Shown here in pieces: positions 42,127 through 54,413 of a stretch of DNA of 64,000 nt (position 1 is the first letter of the stretch; the number at the start of each line of letters is the position of its first letter). Both the position numbers and the translations under genes were made by a program. The notes beneath the pieces were generated by a model. It was not told the origin of the DNA. It was given only the letters and a program-made list of their open reading frames with translations, and searched no databases. The DNA is taken from assembly GCA_965203295.1 (NCBI GenBank), contig CBDBCZ010000018.1, positions 864,001 through 928,000 of the forward strand. The letters are read 5' to 3'. The DNA is from Nitrospirales bacterium (GTDB lineage Bacteria; Nitrospirota; Nitrospiria; Nitrospirales; UBA8639).

Positions 42127-43792
42127 ACTTGTTTTGGGCGTTTTTTTTTGGGAAGTGGTAACAAATGTGTATGTGTAAATGTGTGCAGTAGATGGTATTG
42201 GAATGGAATGTGTTTGAGGATGTGTGTAGTATGGGTTTCGATTTGTACTCTAGTCAGCATTAGGAAGGCTTTCGCCTGCATGTGCACGGGGGGGAGGTCT
42301 CTTGTCAAGGTCAGCTATGTAACTGGCACGTGAGGCTGCCTATTTCTTGTCAGGGTCAACACTATTCCCGTATTGGAATCTTTTTATCGCTTCACTCATT
42401 ATTGTGCTAGTTTGACTGAATTAAGGATTATCTGATAAGATGAAGATAGACCATTCGGCGGTTTTAACCACTTGATGCTTTGGTACTTCAAAGATGTTCT
42501 TTAGCTGTGCTAACAGCCTGGTTAGTGCATGACGACAACGCTCCAAAATAAGTGGTACATAGGCTTCATATTGCGGTCCTAGACTACACCTACAGCAGAG
42601 TACTATAAACATGTCATTTTAATGGGGAGGCCAGGGCCATCCCTACATATGGAGTAGTACCGTACTCCAGGATGTTGAACTGCAAATTATCACCAAGGAC
42701 AATGATATGTATTGCAGTTTCTAATGTCACAAAGACAAATAGCTGCCTGCCTCCTCCAGTAGAGTAAGTGAGGGGGTGTCCGGACAGTAGGGGTTGTTCG
42801 GACACCAAGGCTTATCTGCCTGTGCTCGTATTTAACAGCAAATTTATTTCGTTCGGTGGGCCTTTCTGTCTGCCCTTGTTATGTATTGTGAGCTACTGTT
42901 TCCTTGTGTATGTCCGGACAATTCCATGCACCCTTTGGACACCCCCTTACTTCAGTAGCTAGCTACCCCACTACTAAAATAATACTATCAGCCATGTGAG
43001 TAAGTGTATTGTAGCTAAATTTTCGGGTGACTTACAAAGTGATGAACCAGGAGATGCAGCTCAGGCCCGGACAGCTGGCACGATCAAAGGTAGGCGTTAA
43101 ATAAACAACACGCGAAAGGGGCGGTTACTAAATTCCGAAACCGAACGGAACAGAACAGTAGTCATTAAATGGCGTAAAACGACAAGCGTCACCTCGAGAG
43201 TACTCGTGAATCACTGCTGAACCTGTTCGGTTTCTTTGAAAACGTTATGCTACGAGTGCAATACCCCGGGGAATATCTAGCTTGTTCGCGCTTGAATCAT
43301 TGTGATAGCTTCTGCCATTATTGTGCTAGCCTGGCTGAAGAAAGAAACAAAGAAGAAGATGTACCATTACGCCCCGCCCCCCGAGTGTAGCGACTTGCCG
43401 GTCTGGTACTCCAGCGAAGCTTTCTAGCACCGCTAACAGCCTTGTTGCTGATGGAAACGCTCGAGATGTCATGGTATGGCTCATAAAAGCCTATGACTAT
43501 AATCAGAGCCGAGTTCTGAGTGTATGATTTTGTACGCGTTCTATAGGGCCGCCATTTTTTTCCCGTGCCATCCCTACATATGGAGTACTACCGTACTCCA
43601 TGATAGAGTACTACCGTACTCCATGATAGAGTACTGAACTCTGATAGATAACTGAGGTTCAAATTCAGTAACAACATGCATGTGTGTTGTGTTCCGGTTT
43701 GATTACTCAACACGCAAATCTGGGTTGTTTCAACAAAAAAAGTGTGTGTTGCTTTCCAATCCTTACTTGAAAAAATGGATCTGATAGTTTTA

Positions 43793-44199
43793 AACCAGAG
43801 GAGGTTGGAAGCGATCACGTGTGCGCCAATAAGCGCATGATGTCACCTATAGCTAATACCGTTCCATTCAGAAGAATACGGAAAGTATGCAGAGGTCTAC
43901 GGTATCTGGCCTACAGAACGCTTTAATTGTAGCGCTACAACCTTCGAGGGGACGGGTGGGGACGCCGCCTCAAAAACCTTGGCTTGCAGGTATGGAGCTG
44001 TGCTGCAGGAGAATGGGCTTGAATGGTAGTGGTTTTACCGCTCAGATTTTAGCTATTTTGCTTTGAAAACTGCTAAACGTACACAAGGTCACTCATGGAG
44101 CGGCTAATATGGCTCCTTCCTGCCGGAGACGTTATCAGCCAACATAGCTAATTGCATTCCACTATTAGCGAACGTGATCACTTCCAACCTCCTCTGGTT
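43793..44199. mobile_element. PIF/Harbinger-like MITE (TTA TSD) nested in another short-IR element (43649-44261)
   Basis: TTA|AACCAGAGGAGGTTGGAAGCGATCACGT ... ACGTGATCACTTCCAACCTCCTCTGGTT|TTA; outer TAACTGAGGTTC / GAACCTCAGTTA. Confidence 0.7.
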
Positions 44200-44945
44200 T
44201 TAACCAATAAAAATGAGTCACATGCATGCATATTACATACTATTTATTGGAACCTCAGTTACACATCCATCTACACGTGGCAGAGAAGAGTTGTGATTAC
44301 CTAAATATGTCAAATTAGCCATGTATGCATGCATGATTAGGACAGACTTTGGAAAGGCCTCTTCCAGCTGCATAGATTGAAAGTTACGGCAGTCGAGTTA
44401 CTTGAAAACCTAATGAAGGAGGTTCCTGAAGGTAGCAAAGAGCTGGTCAGAAAGCTCAGCGAAGATGAGAAACTCATTGCAACTCTTCAGTCAGTAACAG
44501 AAGATTTCTATTTCCATACGTTTTAATTAGTCACACCAGAGCACAATCTTGGCGACCGTTCTTCATGCTTGCATAAAAGTAGCAAGAAGAAGCCCTTGCA
44601 GACACACTTTGCTAGACCACAGGAAGATTAGTCTGCTCATTTCGCAGAATTACAGTACAGAGCCTACAACTTCACAAGAAAATTCCAGAAACAAAGGGAA
44701 GAACTGGAAACAGGTGTGTAATAATCCAATAATATTATACTTTTCATTTTAAACTCACAGTATCCAGATATAATTCTTCCGTATATTTACTTTTTTTCTT
44801 CATGTTCACAAACTAGTGGTTTTCGGTATTATGAAATCTTGGCTAACTACATTAACCTAGAAAATCATACTAATTTTATATCCTCACAGTAACTGCATAA
44901 TTATCAGTATTAATGGGAGTCATGTATTGTTTTGTCTATTTCAGC

Positions 44946-45227
44946 TACACCTTCCAAAAATGGTGCTACCACAAGGAGGAGAGTCCCAGAGCCTCCTGGA
45001 TGGCGGTTCCGCAGGAAACAGACCAAAACCATTAAGGTCTTTCACAAGCAAGACGACAAGGGAGACGCACGTCAGTCTCATTCCTGTACACCTTCCAAAA
45101 ATGGTGCTACCACAAGCAGGAGAGTCCCAGAGCCTCCTGGATGGCGGTTCCGCAGGAAACAGACCAAAACCATTGAGGTCTTTCACAAGCAAGACGACAA
45201 GGGAGACGCACGTCAGTCTCATTCCTG
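44946..45227 (+). repeat. 141-bp tandem duplication (2 units)
   Basis: Units start TACACCTTCCAAAAATGG at 44946 and 45087; two substitutions. Confidence 0.92.
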
Positions 45228-46174
45228 TACCCGTACCCGAGCTAAGAACTCTACGCAGGATAACTGTAGAACATGTCGAGTAGCACAGACAACACACAGG
45301 AGACCTTATTGTAACTGGGACTACTATGCATGGAGTAGCCTGGTACCTGGCAGAGCTAAATCCGCTCAAAAGGAAGAAGTTGTAAGTGCATTACATTCAC
45401 CGAAAAGCCTGTGGCAACCCAAAGTAGTTGAAGTATCATCTTATTATGTGCAGTGATATTGCATTAATCATTTCAATTACGTAATACGTTGGTATATAGT
45501 CTGCTCTCAACAATAGGCAGTGCACTGTAGCCTCAAGTTTGGTCATGATTACCCATTGCCTGGAAAAGTCAATTAACACAAAATCCATAATGCTTTCCTG
45601 ATTAACTATACTAGTGCATTCGGACAATTTGTTGTTAAAAGTTACTCGAACGGCTGCACAACTAGTGTGGCTGCCAACTGATGAGCCTCAATGCATAGGA
45701 ACGAAGGGTCCCTCTCGGTTGTCTGGTCTGTCAGTGGTAATGTGAGAACCACTCCAAATAGACCAGAGCCACTTCAGAATTATAATATTATTTTATTATT
45801 ATTGAATTCATTTGGATAGGATCAGCTCCAAGAGGAAATTAAAGACAAAAATAATCAACTGCAGTGTTGATCAAAGTAACCTGAAGACAAGCTGCTGGAC
45901 TTTGTACGCTACGTGAAACCAGCCAGAAATGACATTGAAAACCAGGTTAGAAACTATACTTTTACACCCGATTAGCTAGTTTAATTGTGAAATAAATCAA
46001 TTTCACGAAGTAGCTACCCTATCATGGGGTGCGGTAGTACTCCGTATGTAGGAATGCCACGGGGAAAGAATGGCGGTCCCATGTATAACGCGTACAAAAT
46101 CATACGCTCAAAACTCGGCTCTAATTAATGTCATAGGCTTTTATGAGCCATACCCGGACATCTTGAGTGTTTAA

Positions 46175-46317
46175 CCCTTTACCGACCATAAGAAACAGCT
46201 TAAAGAAGCAGAAAAGCCTGTACAAAGTATTAACGCCTAGTATTAAAACCCCCATATAAATTCATATGGGCTTATGGGAGCTCATGACGCATATATGCGT
46301 CATTGGTTGGTAAAGAG
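46175..46317 (+). mobile_element. piggyBac-like MITE
   Basis: TTAA on both flanks; same family as 36976-37118. Confidence 0.88.
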
Positions 46318-46757
46318 TTAAATAAGCAACCAGACTGTTATTATGAGACTTAGTGATGGCAGTCAGCCATGTTGTCGACTTGCTCACCCGTGTTTTGGCG
46401 CCTATGCTGCGAGATAGAATGCATGGAGGGAACTGATTGCTATGCTGAATACTACCCGCTTCATATTACCCCATAAATACATGAACCCCATGAATATAAC
46501 AACCCATTGGCTCTAGTAATTTTGAATGGAACGACCGTTCGTTATACTCCCGATTCTACGGTACATCACAGATACAGAATCCATGATACTGCAACTGTAT
46601 TATCCTCTTAGTGATGTAATAGTAGGCTCATACCTAGTCTCGCGCGCCCGCCTCACTTTATTAGGGGAAAGTGAGTCTGGACGGTTACGCCACGTTTCCG
46701 TTCCGGAATGGAATGCATTACGTTCATAAACCACGCCCAAGTCATGAGTGATATCAT

Positions 46758-49700
46758 GTGACAAGCTGTCATGTAAATGGCGTCCTTGTCGTTTGTTTAC
46801 GATTGTTGGAGAAGACGAGCGACAGGAGGAGACTCCATAGTGTGTCGACAAAGGAAGTCCATAGTGTGTTGAAGGAGGTTGTGGCTGGAGTGTTTCCAAA
46901 CGCCGTAGATACCTTCCTCCCGGTAGTCGCTTACCTCTGCAGACCCTGTATGAGATCGGTCGAGAAGCTCACCAAGGTGAAGCAGGATGCGCGCTACCAG
47001 GAGCTGGAACTTACGGAGCGTATCAAGCGAGCTGGAGAAGCTCGTGGTCTGTCCACAACCGATGAGGCAGCAGCTTGTGTTGGACATGAGAGAGGTCAGT
47101 AGGCAGCCTGTCGCAAATTTTTTGCCATGTTAGATGTATGGACCTCCTTTGTATTGTCCACTTCACATGCACTCCTGTAATTATAGGAGAGCTACCTAGT
47201 GCAAATCGGACACCACAAAAGCGGTCTCATTCTCCCGCTGCCTTGGAGACTCCATCGCCCAAGCGCAGGCGAAAAGCACATGACACGCCAACAAGAAAAG
47301 CTTTAAAATGCATGCATCCTGGAACCTCTCCAGCTGTTGCAGTAAGTACCATGCTTCGGCTCGTTAAAGTGTAGTACTAGTAGTTTTGTCTCTGTTATAT
47401 TTATTATCACTGGACATCTAATTATCATGGTACCGTATGCGTTATTGGTTGTGTGTGTAGAGTGGGATGTAGAGTGTTATCTTTAGGAGAAAAACAGTTT
47501 CAATCTGAATGGGAATGAGAGGAATTAAAGTCAGCTAGCTGGCATAAGCATTACACATGTCAGAGTCATGCATTTCCCCTTCCGGGATGTAATGATACAC
47601 ACATTTGCATTTCACAGATTCTGGTGAAAGGAAAAACGGACTCCCGTGCACATCCTATTCCCAGGCACTCCGGTCTGAAGACACTGGCCAGGAGTGTAGG
47701 TCGCCTGAATCGTCCCTCCATTGCTCGACAAGCTATGCGTGATCCAAAAGTTCGGAAGGTGGTTTTGAACATCTTGGAGAAAGATGTGCAGAAGGAGATG
47801 ACAAAAATGTCTGCCAAGAATACCAAGTCTTGTCTCCGTCAGAGAAGCCTGGAAGCTCTGGACAGCTTCTCCTGGGATCATCTCCATTCTGAGCTGCAAT
47901 CAAAAGCTCCAACACTTCACCGTATTCTCCAAGGATGCGTCAACGTTAAGTGACGGCAACGAATCAGTAAGAAAGGGAGAAGAAAGGGGAAGGTTCCACG
48001 CTCACATCGTCCGAGCAATTCTGCAGTTCTTGGTGTGTGTGCAGCACTGCTGCTAAGACATCGAAATCACCACATGAACATAGTTCAGCGGATCATCTCG
48101 ATCATCCTACACAGCGGACACACAGCGAAACAGGTTTGTCTAGTTGTCTGTGCAATGCCTCAGTAGATTATTTTTTTTTTTTTTTGGATAGGCGTACTGT
48201 CGACTTCAGAAGATGCTCTTGTGTCTGTCACACTCCCAAACTTTGGTCACCCTTGATGAGCTTGGTGAAGGCCATGATGCAGAAGTTCGGAAATGGCAGG
48301 CCAATATAACTAGCTCACTGACAAGCGAGGTTAGTGAAGCATAATGTACCACATCCACAATGCATGCATGTACATTTAAATTATTGTGCTTCTTAATATT
48401 ACAGTCCCTTGGTGACTTTGGCGCAAGCAGCCTGGATGCTAGGGGAGAAAATGTGGCAGAGGTACATGTATAATATTTGTATAAATGTGTATGTTATACT
48501 ATGGTATGCATAATCTACTTTGATCTTTTGACTTTAATGAGGTTCTAAAATCCATTAGACACCTCTTCAAAAATTCATATTTTATATAGAGAAATTGAAA
48601 GCTGGAAACCATATTTTAAGCTAGTTAGTGACCTCAGGCAGGTATCTTAGCTGTTTAGAGACCTTCAGGATGCTCCTATAATCACCTCGGGCTTCGCCCT
48701 CGGTGATATAGGTAGCATCCTTCAGGTCTCTAAAACAGCTAAGATACCTGCCTGAGGTCACTAACCTATACTTGTGGATGGTCTATAACAATATGGCTAT
48801 TGTTTCGTATGGTACAGTCTGGTGCAGGAGCGGTTGGCAGTTCTTTCCAACATGAAGCTGAGGTACTGCAGGAGCCTGTGACTGTTCCAGTAGAGCAAGA
48901 ACTGTCCACTGATGCACCAACCAGTTCCAGTGAGGCTTCTTTACCGCCCACTTCCCCATGTGGTTCACCATCCACTGAGTCTGAAGACTCGCCAGCAAGT
49001 CCAGTGCCTTCAGAGCTCACTTTCAGTGAACCTTCCAGTCCAGATAATGATGCCTTCCTGGGTCCTGAGTATCATCCTATAACCCCACACTTGCAGACGT
49101 ATAGACTAGTGGGGGACAACATTGATAAGAATGTGAAACCGAGAAACATGACGAGCGACCACCAGACTCGCTCCCTTCATTATTTTCATACCTATGCAGT
49201 CCGAGACCGCATTGATCTCTCCAAGTTCAGCAGCGACCTTCCTGTACCAGATGTCAGTAAATTTGACTGGCAGAAGCTCCTGCCATCGAATGATGACAAG
49301 AAAGTGCTATACGAGAATGTGGCAATTCTGATTGGACGTTGCCTAAAGAAGAATATGCCTTTCTTTGCAAAATTCGGTGCAGGTCTTGAGAAGCACATTC
49401 TCCATGAGTTCTCTGATCAGATGTCCGCAAAGTCAGAAGTGGTAAGGTTGCTGCTCTATATACATCTTATTTACCAAATAGTTTGGCCATATATAGCAAG
49501 TACTTTTGAGTAGGCACCTTACCCACCCCAACCTGTCCCACGTTAATACTATGCTGTGTCATTGTATGCATGCAGGTTCCTGTAGGAATTATCTTGAAGG
49601 GTGAGCAGAAAAATGAAGATATGGTAGAAATCCTTGAAGATCTGCAAAAATATGTGCCAACAGTGTCCACGACTGAAAGTGTTGATGTGCCAGGAGAGTC

Positions 49701-51072
49701 AACACCCATGCAGGTTCATGTGGACAAATTTCATCACTTGGAGATAGGTAAGCTATCAACATTTAGAATGGAGGAGCAAGCTAGGGGCACTTGTAAATTT
49801 CCTGCCTTTGATGCACACTATACATTCTCAGGAGGAGATCAAATGACTGCTTCCCGGACCAGGAGTAGCCAAAGAATACGGAGCAATTCTCTAAGAGGGA
49901 AGGACAGATTGGAGGGGATGGTACCAGTGGTGGAAGATTGGCACTCAAAAGTGTGCCTATTGGGGGTAAGTATTCTCCTTCCACGTCTTATGATAGCTGA
50001 TGATGAGTGTTCATGCATTTTTTTTGGAACGTATGTATATGCAGGTCATTTGGAAACGACTGTATAAGTGCTCGTCAGGAATGGATGCAGGAACGCTGTT
50101 CCGGCTACAGAAGCTCATAAATCGTCGCAATGTTGTCAAGGATCCAAGCAAGAGTGTCGCTCCATGTGAGGAATTTTTCCTTCTTGTCGTAGAGACGCAC
50201 ATCCTTGCAGCTACAATGCAGTTGTTCGGAATGTCATCTCTTGAGGATAAACCCAGTGTTGAGTTCTTCCCAGAAGGTAGTTCAGAGTTGGACACTTTGC
50301 AGTGGCGACAGGTTCTGATGTTGGGACTCAGGGAGTTGACAAGGAAGTTTGTTGACCTAGACGTAACCCTCAAGGATCCAAAGCAGGCGAAGGCCAAACC
50401 GGGGAAAAAGGCACCGCATTCCGAGGAGTTCGATCGTGTACACGCTTACTCATGTGAGCTGATGAGCCTTGGACTCCTCCTAATGGAATTTGGTGATGCT
50501 GTCCGAGAAGGGGATGGTACACGTATCCTTCGTTGCTGGCGCTACTTCCTACTTCTTTTTAAAGCTTCTGACCGTACCAATTATTCTATTGAGGCGTTCA
50601 CTCTCCTAGCCCAATACGAGTACTTGTTGAGCCCAAGGATGGCCATGCAATTGAAGTGGAGTCGGACGGTGAATGTACATGGCCACCCAGGAAAGAATAT
50701 TGCAGCAGACTTACACATGGAACATTTGAATCGAGAGTGTAAGAGCAGCCTGAGTGGTTTGGGAGCCAACATTACCGACCACTCTGTGCTAAGAATCGGC
50801 AAATGTATCGGTAGATGCAGAGCATACTCCATCAGTACGATCAGGTGAATGGAGTCCGTGAATTTTCTGGCCACCATACAAGACACTCAGCATCGGTGGA
50901 CCGTGACAAAATTCTGAAACAACTGCAAGAGTCCAAAGTTTTCGACTATAAGCCTGGACGCAAACATAAATACTTCCCAAGGTTTTCAACCAACTTAGTT
51001 AAGAAGCTGTCTCGCTGTGAGCTAAAGGAGTGGATGCAAGATCGCATGCAAAAGCTGATTGTCTATCATTGA
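46758..51072 (+). pseudogene. Intron-containing Academ transposase (DUF6589-like), lightly inactivated
   Basis: Motifs VGDNID, GGDQMT, VEDWH, DAVREGDG, NYSIEA, KNIAADLHMEHLN; in-frame TGA at 47951; apparent frameshift near 50815. Confidence 0.82.
48495..48772 (-). mobile_element. Hairpin-capped mini-element inside an intron of the AcademH transposase
   Basis: Hairpin 48624-48765; minus-strand tip CCGAGGGCGAAGCCCGAGG and GAGACCT-GA-AGGATGC / GCATCCT-GA-AGGTCTC; TATACT direct repeat at 48495 and 48767. Confidence 0.75.
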
Positions 51073-51113
51073 TGGCATATTCATCTAATGGCAATGGTTG
51101 GTTATAATGATTA

Positions 51114-52498
51114 TCATAATGACAATGGTTGGCATGAAGGACAAGTACATTTAGTTTCACATAAATCACAACACAAACACAAAGATTTGACACCACAATC
51201 ACTTGGTGGAGCTTTAAAATCTTTAAGAAGCAACTCTCTTCTGCATGTGTCCTTGTTCCTGCAATATTCTTTCATAGCAGTATCGTCAATCCGACCCAAC
51301 TCCGTATCGGTATAGTATAGGGTTGCTACTGCCAATTGTCGATTGCGACCTGCTCTACCCGTTTCTTGTAGGTACAGTTCAATGTCGGTTGATGGTCCCC
51401 AGTGGATCACCCTTCAGATGTTGGGACAGTCCAACCCCATGCCAAAAGCAACTATTACTCGGAGGGTGCTGTTACAGTCAGGAAAAGACTTAAGAATGCC
51501 GTTTTTGACTGATGAGTGTGTGCATGCTGAAAACATGTCAATGAGACGACATTGCTGCAAGGCATAATGGGTACCAATTGGCTCCATCATCTCCCTTCCC
51601 AAGCGATCTGCCATGAACATGTACACACCAGAGCACTGGCTATAGGTACGACAAAAAATAATTGTTCGATCCGTGCTTGTTCTTTTTCGTCGAAGTTCTT
51701 CAACTAAGGGTGCAAATGTTTCCTCTAGTGTGCCGGGATTACCCTTCACAACATATTTGATGTTTGGCTTGTTTGGAGACACAGCAACAGTAACTGGACG
51801 GACCATTCCCAGAGTTTTTGACACGCTACATCGTGTGAACTTTGTGGCTGTAGCTGTTAGTGCCATGATTCTGACCGTCTCTGGGACCAAACTCCTGATG
51901 TCACCAAGATTGGCAAACTCCTTCCGAAATGACTCTCCCCTGTGATGAGAAGAGTGTTGAACTGTCATAAAGTATAGTTCTGTCACTTTGACATGTACAC
52001 TTACCATTTTTTAACACAATGTGCCTCGTCCACCACTAATGCAACCAAGTTCTGCTGGTAAACTGGACTCTGTAACATATCTCTCCACGTCATATTAGTC
52101 AGCAGGGCCTCAGGACTCAGATACACCAGCTGGTACTTCCCATCACACACCTCGTTCTCGGTCTCGCTATCAACATCTCCCACATAAATGGCACGCATGT
52201 TTCTTTCAGTCATCTGCCTCACCTGATCCTTCATGAGAGCCACAAGTGGACTAACGACGATGACAATAGACTGTGTCTCAATCGACTTGCTCCCTCGAAG
52301 GATGTCAAAAACTTTCGGAAGCAAGCAGTAGCACAGGGATTTTCCACTGCCAGTAGGCATGCATACAAAGACGTCTTTCCCACCCAGGAAGTGTTTGACC
52401 ACGAGCGCCTGATTCGGCCTCAACTCAGCATAACCCAGCTGCTTTGTACCTTCAGTAATCGCTTTGCACACGCGCTCGCTGGAATACTTATCAGCCAT
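51114..52498 (-). pseudogene. RecQ-like SF2 helicase of AcademH (2 exons: 52498-52005, 51939-51114)
   Basis: MPTGSGKS, DEAHC; splice joins KKW-GESFR; ALTAT, FGMGLD, QETGRAGR, CRR..CCDLC; in-frame TGA at 51416-51414. Confidence 0.9.
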
Positions 52499-52672
52499 CT
52501 CTAGCTCTCGCACCTCCACGTGATTTTACGTGATAATAATAGTTGTCACATGATTACTCCAGTTTCATTGGCTCTGCCAACATTCCGGCAGCCGGAACGG
52601 AAACGTGGCGTAACCGTGCAGACTCACTTTCCCCTAATGAAGTGAGGCGGGCGCGCGAGACTAGCTCATACC

Positions 52673-52768
52673 GAGGCCTTCCCTCACAGCTTTTTTCGCA
52701 GCCGTGGCAAAAAACTTTTTCCCACGGCTGTGAAAAAAGCTGTGAGGGAAGGCCTGGGTTCGAGGCTA
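52673..52768. mobile_element. Palindromic Academ-type MITE whose left tip (46623-46634) was split by the AcademH insertion; a related end starts at 52776
   Basis: TAGGCTCATACC+GAGGCCTTCCCTCACAGC ... GCTGTGAGGGAAGGCCTGGGTTCGAGGCTA; then TAGCCTCGTACCCAGGCC. Confidence 0.75.
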
Positions 52769-54413
52769 TTGTAATTAGCCTCGTACCCAGGCCTTCCCAC
52801 ACAGCTGTTTCCGCAGCCGTTGCAAAAAGCGTGGTTAAGGCCTGGCAGTAAACATCACGTGATGCGTGTCTTCGCTTTCGTCACTACAAGGGTTCACGGG
52901 TTCATTTGCACTCGTGACGTATTTCACGTGGCGTTTTTCCGAGACTCTAGCAACACTACATTCTGGAGAAACTCGTTACGGTACAGTTGGTGAGCCGGAC
53001 GAGTTATGATAGTTGAGAACCACGAGCGTCAGCCGCTGTTTACGCTGTTCGAGTCGATCTGTGCGTGACTAAGTGCCAAAGACTGTTGTGCCAAGCCAGC
53101 TGCTTGTTGGACGTTACTGTCTGCGGAAATCGCTCTCAAATGAGTGTAGCATAGTCTGCAGCTTCACTTTTTTGTTGTTCTTTTGACTAAAAATCTACTA
53201 GAAGTCGTTATAAATCGTCGCTTTCAAAAAAAATTCGGCAACCGCCCACTTTCGCCCGGCGAATTCGAGCCCTGCATTACAAACTTCAACCTACTCACAG
53301 AAAAATTAGGGATGCGATTTTTCATTCACCCCTCGGTTTCTGAGAACCACCCACCAAAGCTCTCTCTATGCATAAATCTCCACAGATTTTCACAACTAGC
53401 TATTTTGAACTAATTAAGAAAATGGGCGGGGCTACAGACCCAAAGGTCACTATTCTAGCCTACCTGAGATGGGCAACAATCTGCCGCCATCCATCTGTGT
53501 GGCTGACTTCTAGCCACTCAGGCAGCCTAATAAACTTTCTACAACACACTAGCTAGCTATTCTGACACAAAAATCCTAGTCGAGTGTTGAAAGCCAACAT
53601 CAGAGTACTGCTCAACCACATCAAAGTGATATCGCATATGAAAGAGCCGCTATCCACATCAAAGTGACACACCCCTCCTGTCGATTCCGGTTGCCGCCAC
53701 GGAAAATGCAAACATATCAATGAATCTAATTAGTACCACGTGAGTGACGTCATCTTATTAATTATTCATGAGGAGAATCATGCGGATTCGAAGGTGAGGC
53801 TCTTCCTACCTTAATGAGGCAGTTTTCAACGGACTTCTGCAGTCGGGAGCATGCAGTTTGTCCGCTGTCCGGAATCAAGAAGCGTCCGCTCGTGGGAGGT
53901 TTCTTATACATCAGCACTTTTGTAATTTCAATCGGTGCCACGGCTGGTGTCCTTTATAGGGAGGTTTTCCGGTGGTGGGAGGGTCCGTTATGGGAGGTTC
54001 CACTGTACTAAACTAATTTCACTTCTATGAAAGCATGATAGATGACTGGAGGAAATGGATGAGATTGCTCAAGGGTACCAAAAGATGATTAAATTCCCAG
54101 GTGTGGTAGAGAGAATGTCACATACTGAAAGCAGTGACTATGTGTGACACTTCACCTCTCCATACAGTACACTTAAGAATGAAAATGAAACAGGCAATTT
54201 ATAGATCACACTCAATGTAAGTATTCTACAGCACTGACACATCTATACAGTGTACAACACAAACTATAAAGTTTAGAGTATGCACACAAAATAACTATTA
54301 TAATTATGGTATATAGTTCGAAGTCTGGCTACATTACACGACACATAAACAGCTTCTTTATGAAGTTAGTCACACTATATAGTAGTGTTCTAAAGCATCA
54401 CAGTTTGTGAGTG

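Larger units (their letters stand above)
46635..52663 (+). mobile_element. Full-length AcademH DNA transposon
   Basis: 72-bp TIRs beginning TAG (46635-46706 / 52592-52663, 2 mismatches); 9-bp TSD GCTCATACC (46626-46634, 52664-52672); convergent transposase and RecQ-like helicase. Confidence 0.93.

Noticed and set aside
51114..52498. Host RecQ/BLM/WRN gene
   Set aside because: Lies between TIRs with a 9-bp TSD opposite an Academ transposase, lacks winged-helix/HRDC domains and has a stop
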